Assembly: GCF_006345805.1 (NCBI RefSeq) | Contig: NW_021823754.1 | Span: forward strand, 1-21,361 | Origin: Octopus sinensis | Lineage: Eukaryota | Length of the DNA: 21,361 nucleotides | Direction of reading: 5' to 3' | Part shown: positions 19,750 through 21,361 of the stretch, piece by piece | Numbering within the stretch: position 1 is the first letter of the stretch | Layout of the letters: each line of letters opens with the position of its first letter | Notes under the pieces: generated by a model | Database searches by the model: none | Told to the model about the DNA's origin: nothing | Seen by the model: the letters and a program-made list of their open reading frames with translations, nothing else | Program-made: the position numbers and the translations under genes

Positions 19750-19908
19750 TTTTTTAAGAGGAATATTTCTTGAACTATCACCAGTGTTCTTGTGTTTAAA
19801 AAAAAATTCTTTGCTGAGAATGGTTATCATTTAGAGAAACTGAAGAGATATCTAGTTCACACTGGATATGAAACCAATGGTATTTTTCTACACTATTACG
19901 TTACATAT

Positions 19909-19939
<31 letters not shown>

Positions 19940-19942
<3 letters not shown>

Positions 19943-20547
19943 TAGCAGCTAAGCCCAGTTTCACCCAGTTGGTTTGGATGATGTGGCTATAAAACCTGTT
20001 CTGTGTAAGCATTTGACTTGTTTGGACATGCTTAAATTAAAAAACAATTTTAGAATGACTTTTCTCTGTCAAAACACTAAAAATAACTGGCCAACAAAAG
20101 GATAATCCAATCAAGATTCAACCAAATCAAAAAATAAACTCAATACTAAGCGAACAAAGATGAACCATCCCACTTCTATTGCGCGTGCACACACACACAT
20201 TCACATACCCCATCCTTTTACATACACACACATATATTCACAGAGCTGAAACGCTGTTTGATTTAGTTTTTTAGCGTACAATTTTCATCATCCCACTACC
20301 AAGTATGACATCACCCCTTCCTTCGTTATTCATCTATTACCCCTTCCTTTCTCATTCGTAAACACAAGAGTATTATTATAGTAGATTATCTCGATAACCA
20401 TGGGAGCTATGAAAAAATACAAAGCCCAGCAACACCACCGGATCATTCTACACATCGGTGTAATTTTTCATGCAATTCCACTCAGCTGTTTGACCATGAA
20501 TACCAAGACAAGAAAGAATCACCCATGTCAAATTTATATGGATAGAT
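19940..20547 (+). mobile_element. Probable non-autonomous Helentron-type (HINE/DINE-1-like) element
   Basis: Begins TACTAGCAGCTAAGCCC after (TA)n. Ends with the TTTTTCATGCAATTCCACTCAGCTGTTTGACC..TTTATATGGATAGAT pattern typical of such elements. Internal (CA)n. Confidence 0.5.
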
Positions 20548-21244
20548 ATATTAAAAATATATAAAATGATCAAGAATGGGTTCAGAAATGTGGTCTTTCA
20601 GTTCCTTTGGTATAGAAGCCCTCCACAGTTGAAGGGACATTCTGCTTTCACCCACCATCATCAGTAAATATTATTGGTAGTTTCCCTTTAGATACCTGTC
20701 TTAAACTAGGGCTCCATGTTGACATTGCTGTGAAGTTTCCAAACATGAAATATTTTGTGGATTCAGTTTAAGATATATCAATATTTCATCTTAGAAATCA
20801 ACATGAACCCATTAGGTGTCAATCCACTGAATATTGTTGTAATCAAATATGATCTTTAATTTAATGTTGGTCATATCTTATTATATCTTATTCTCTTGTG
20901 GCCCTTTGCATTAATGTCACTGGTAATCATAGTTTCTCATTGAGCACGCTCATGATGAATAGTCCTATACCATAATCACAATATAGAGTATTCATAGCAA
21001 CAGTTTCAATGGTTGTTATACCATTGATCCTTGTGCTAATATGATTATTAAAGTTCAGAATCAAACTCACACACAAGGTCACATCACACTTTTGTTGTGT
21101 GATGTGACTTTGCCAAAGTTGATCTTATACATGATGTGTATAAAGTTTCAGATATATAACATTTGGACTCATCATATAGATTCCAGTATTACCTTCACAG
21201 ACACCCAGGAATCTGTGAATTCCAGACTGGGAGTCACTGGTTTA

Positions 21245-21361
21245 AGCTGTGGAAGATGCTCAGGAGCAATAAACACTGAAAATGTGCAGAGAACAACTCC
21301 TGCCACATTCCAAGGAGAAAACCTAGAAGTAGTTGATGGCTTCCATTACCTGGGTGACCAA
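21245..21361 (+). mobile_element. RTE-clade LINE RT fragment running off the end of the window
   Basis: CGRCSGAINTENVQRTTPATFQGENLEVVDGFHYLGDQ; the LEVVD.F.YLG motif is the late RT subdomain of RTE elements. Confidence 0.7.

Noticed and set aside
19814-19850. Possible decayed hammerhead (CTGAGAA...GAAAC) ~65 nt after the second Penelope stop codon
   Set aside because: The position fits, but the core is mismatched, stem II does not pair and there is no NUH site.
20560-21030. Minus-strand peptide fragments such as WWVKAECPFNCGGLLY
   Set aside because: Many stops, and no family I can recognise.

Overview
Eukaryotic, AT-rich, repeat-saturated intergenic or intronic DNA with no recognisable host-gene exon. 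From memory, the SINE families and long (TA)n/(TACA)n arrays look like octopus (cephalopod) DNA; this is inference, not a database result. In order, the window holds: a (GAT)n-tailed SINE with internal 67-bp repeats; a full-length dead mariner; more SINE pieces; an unexplained ~1-kb AT-rich block; a decayed CR1-group LINE with a CCCH-finger ORF1; two tandem ~350-bp units each carrying a minimal type I hammerhead ribozyme (retrozyme-like); a decayed Penelope-like element (RT + GIY-YIG); a nearly intact CR1 LINE; a Gypsy LTR + PBS + gag remnant; a split tRNA-derived SINE; two RTE fragments; a 26-bp minisatellite; a second Penelope endonuclease fragment; and a probable non-autonomous Helentron. 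The best signal is the hammerhead dimer at 8363-9056, set in (TA)n next to a Penelope element and predicted to release a ~351-nt RNA that could circularise. Next are a LINE/SINE pair sharing a 39-nt 3' end with a compensated stem-loop, and a CR1 whose ORF1 and ORF2 are in frame across a single TAA and whose lesions look like homopolymer sequencing errors.
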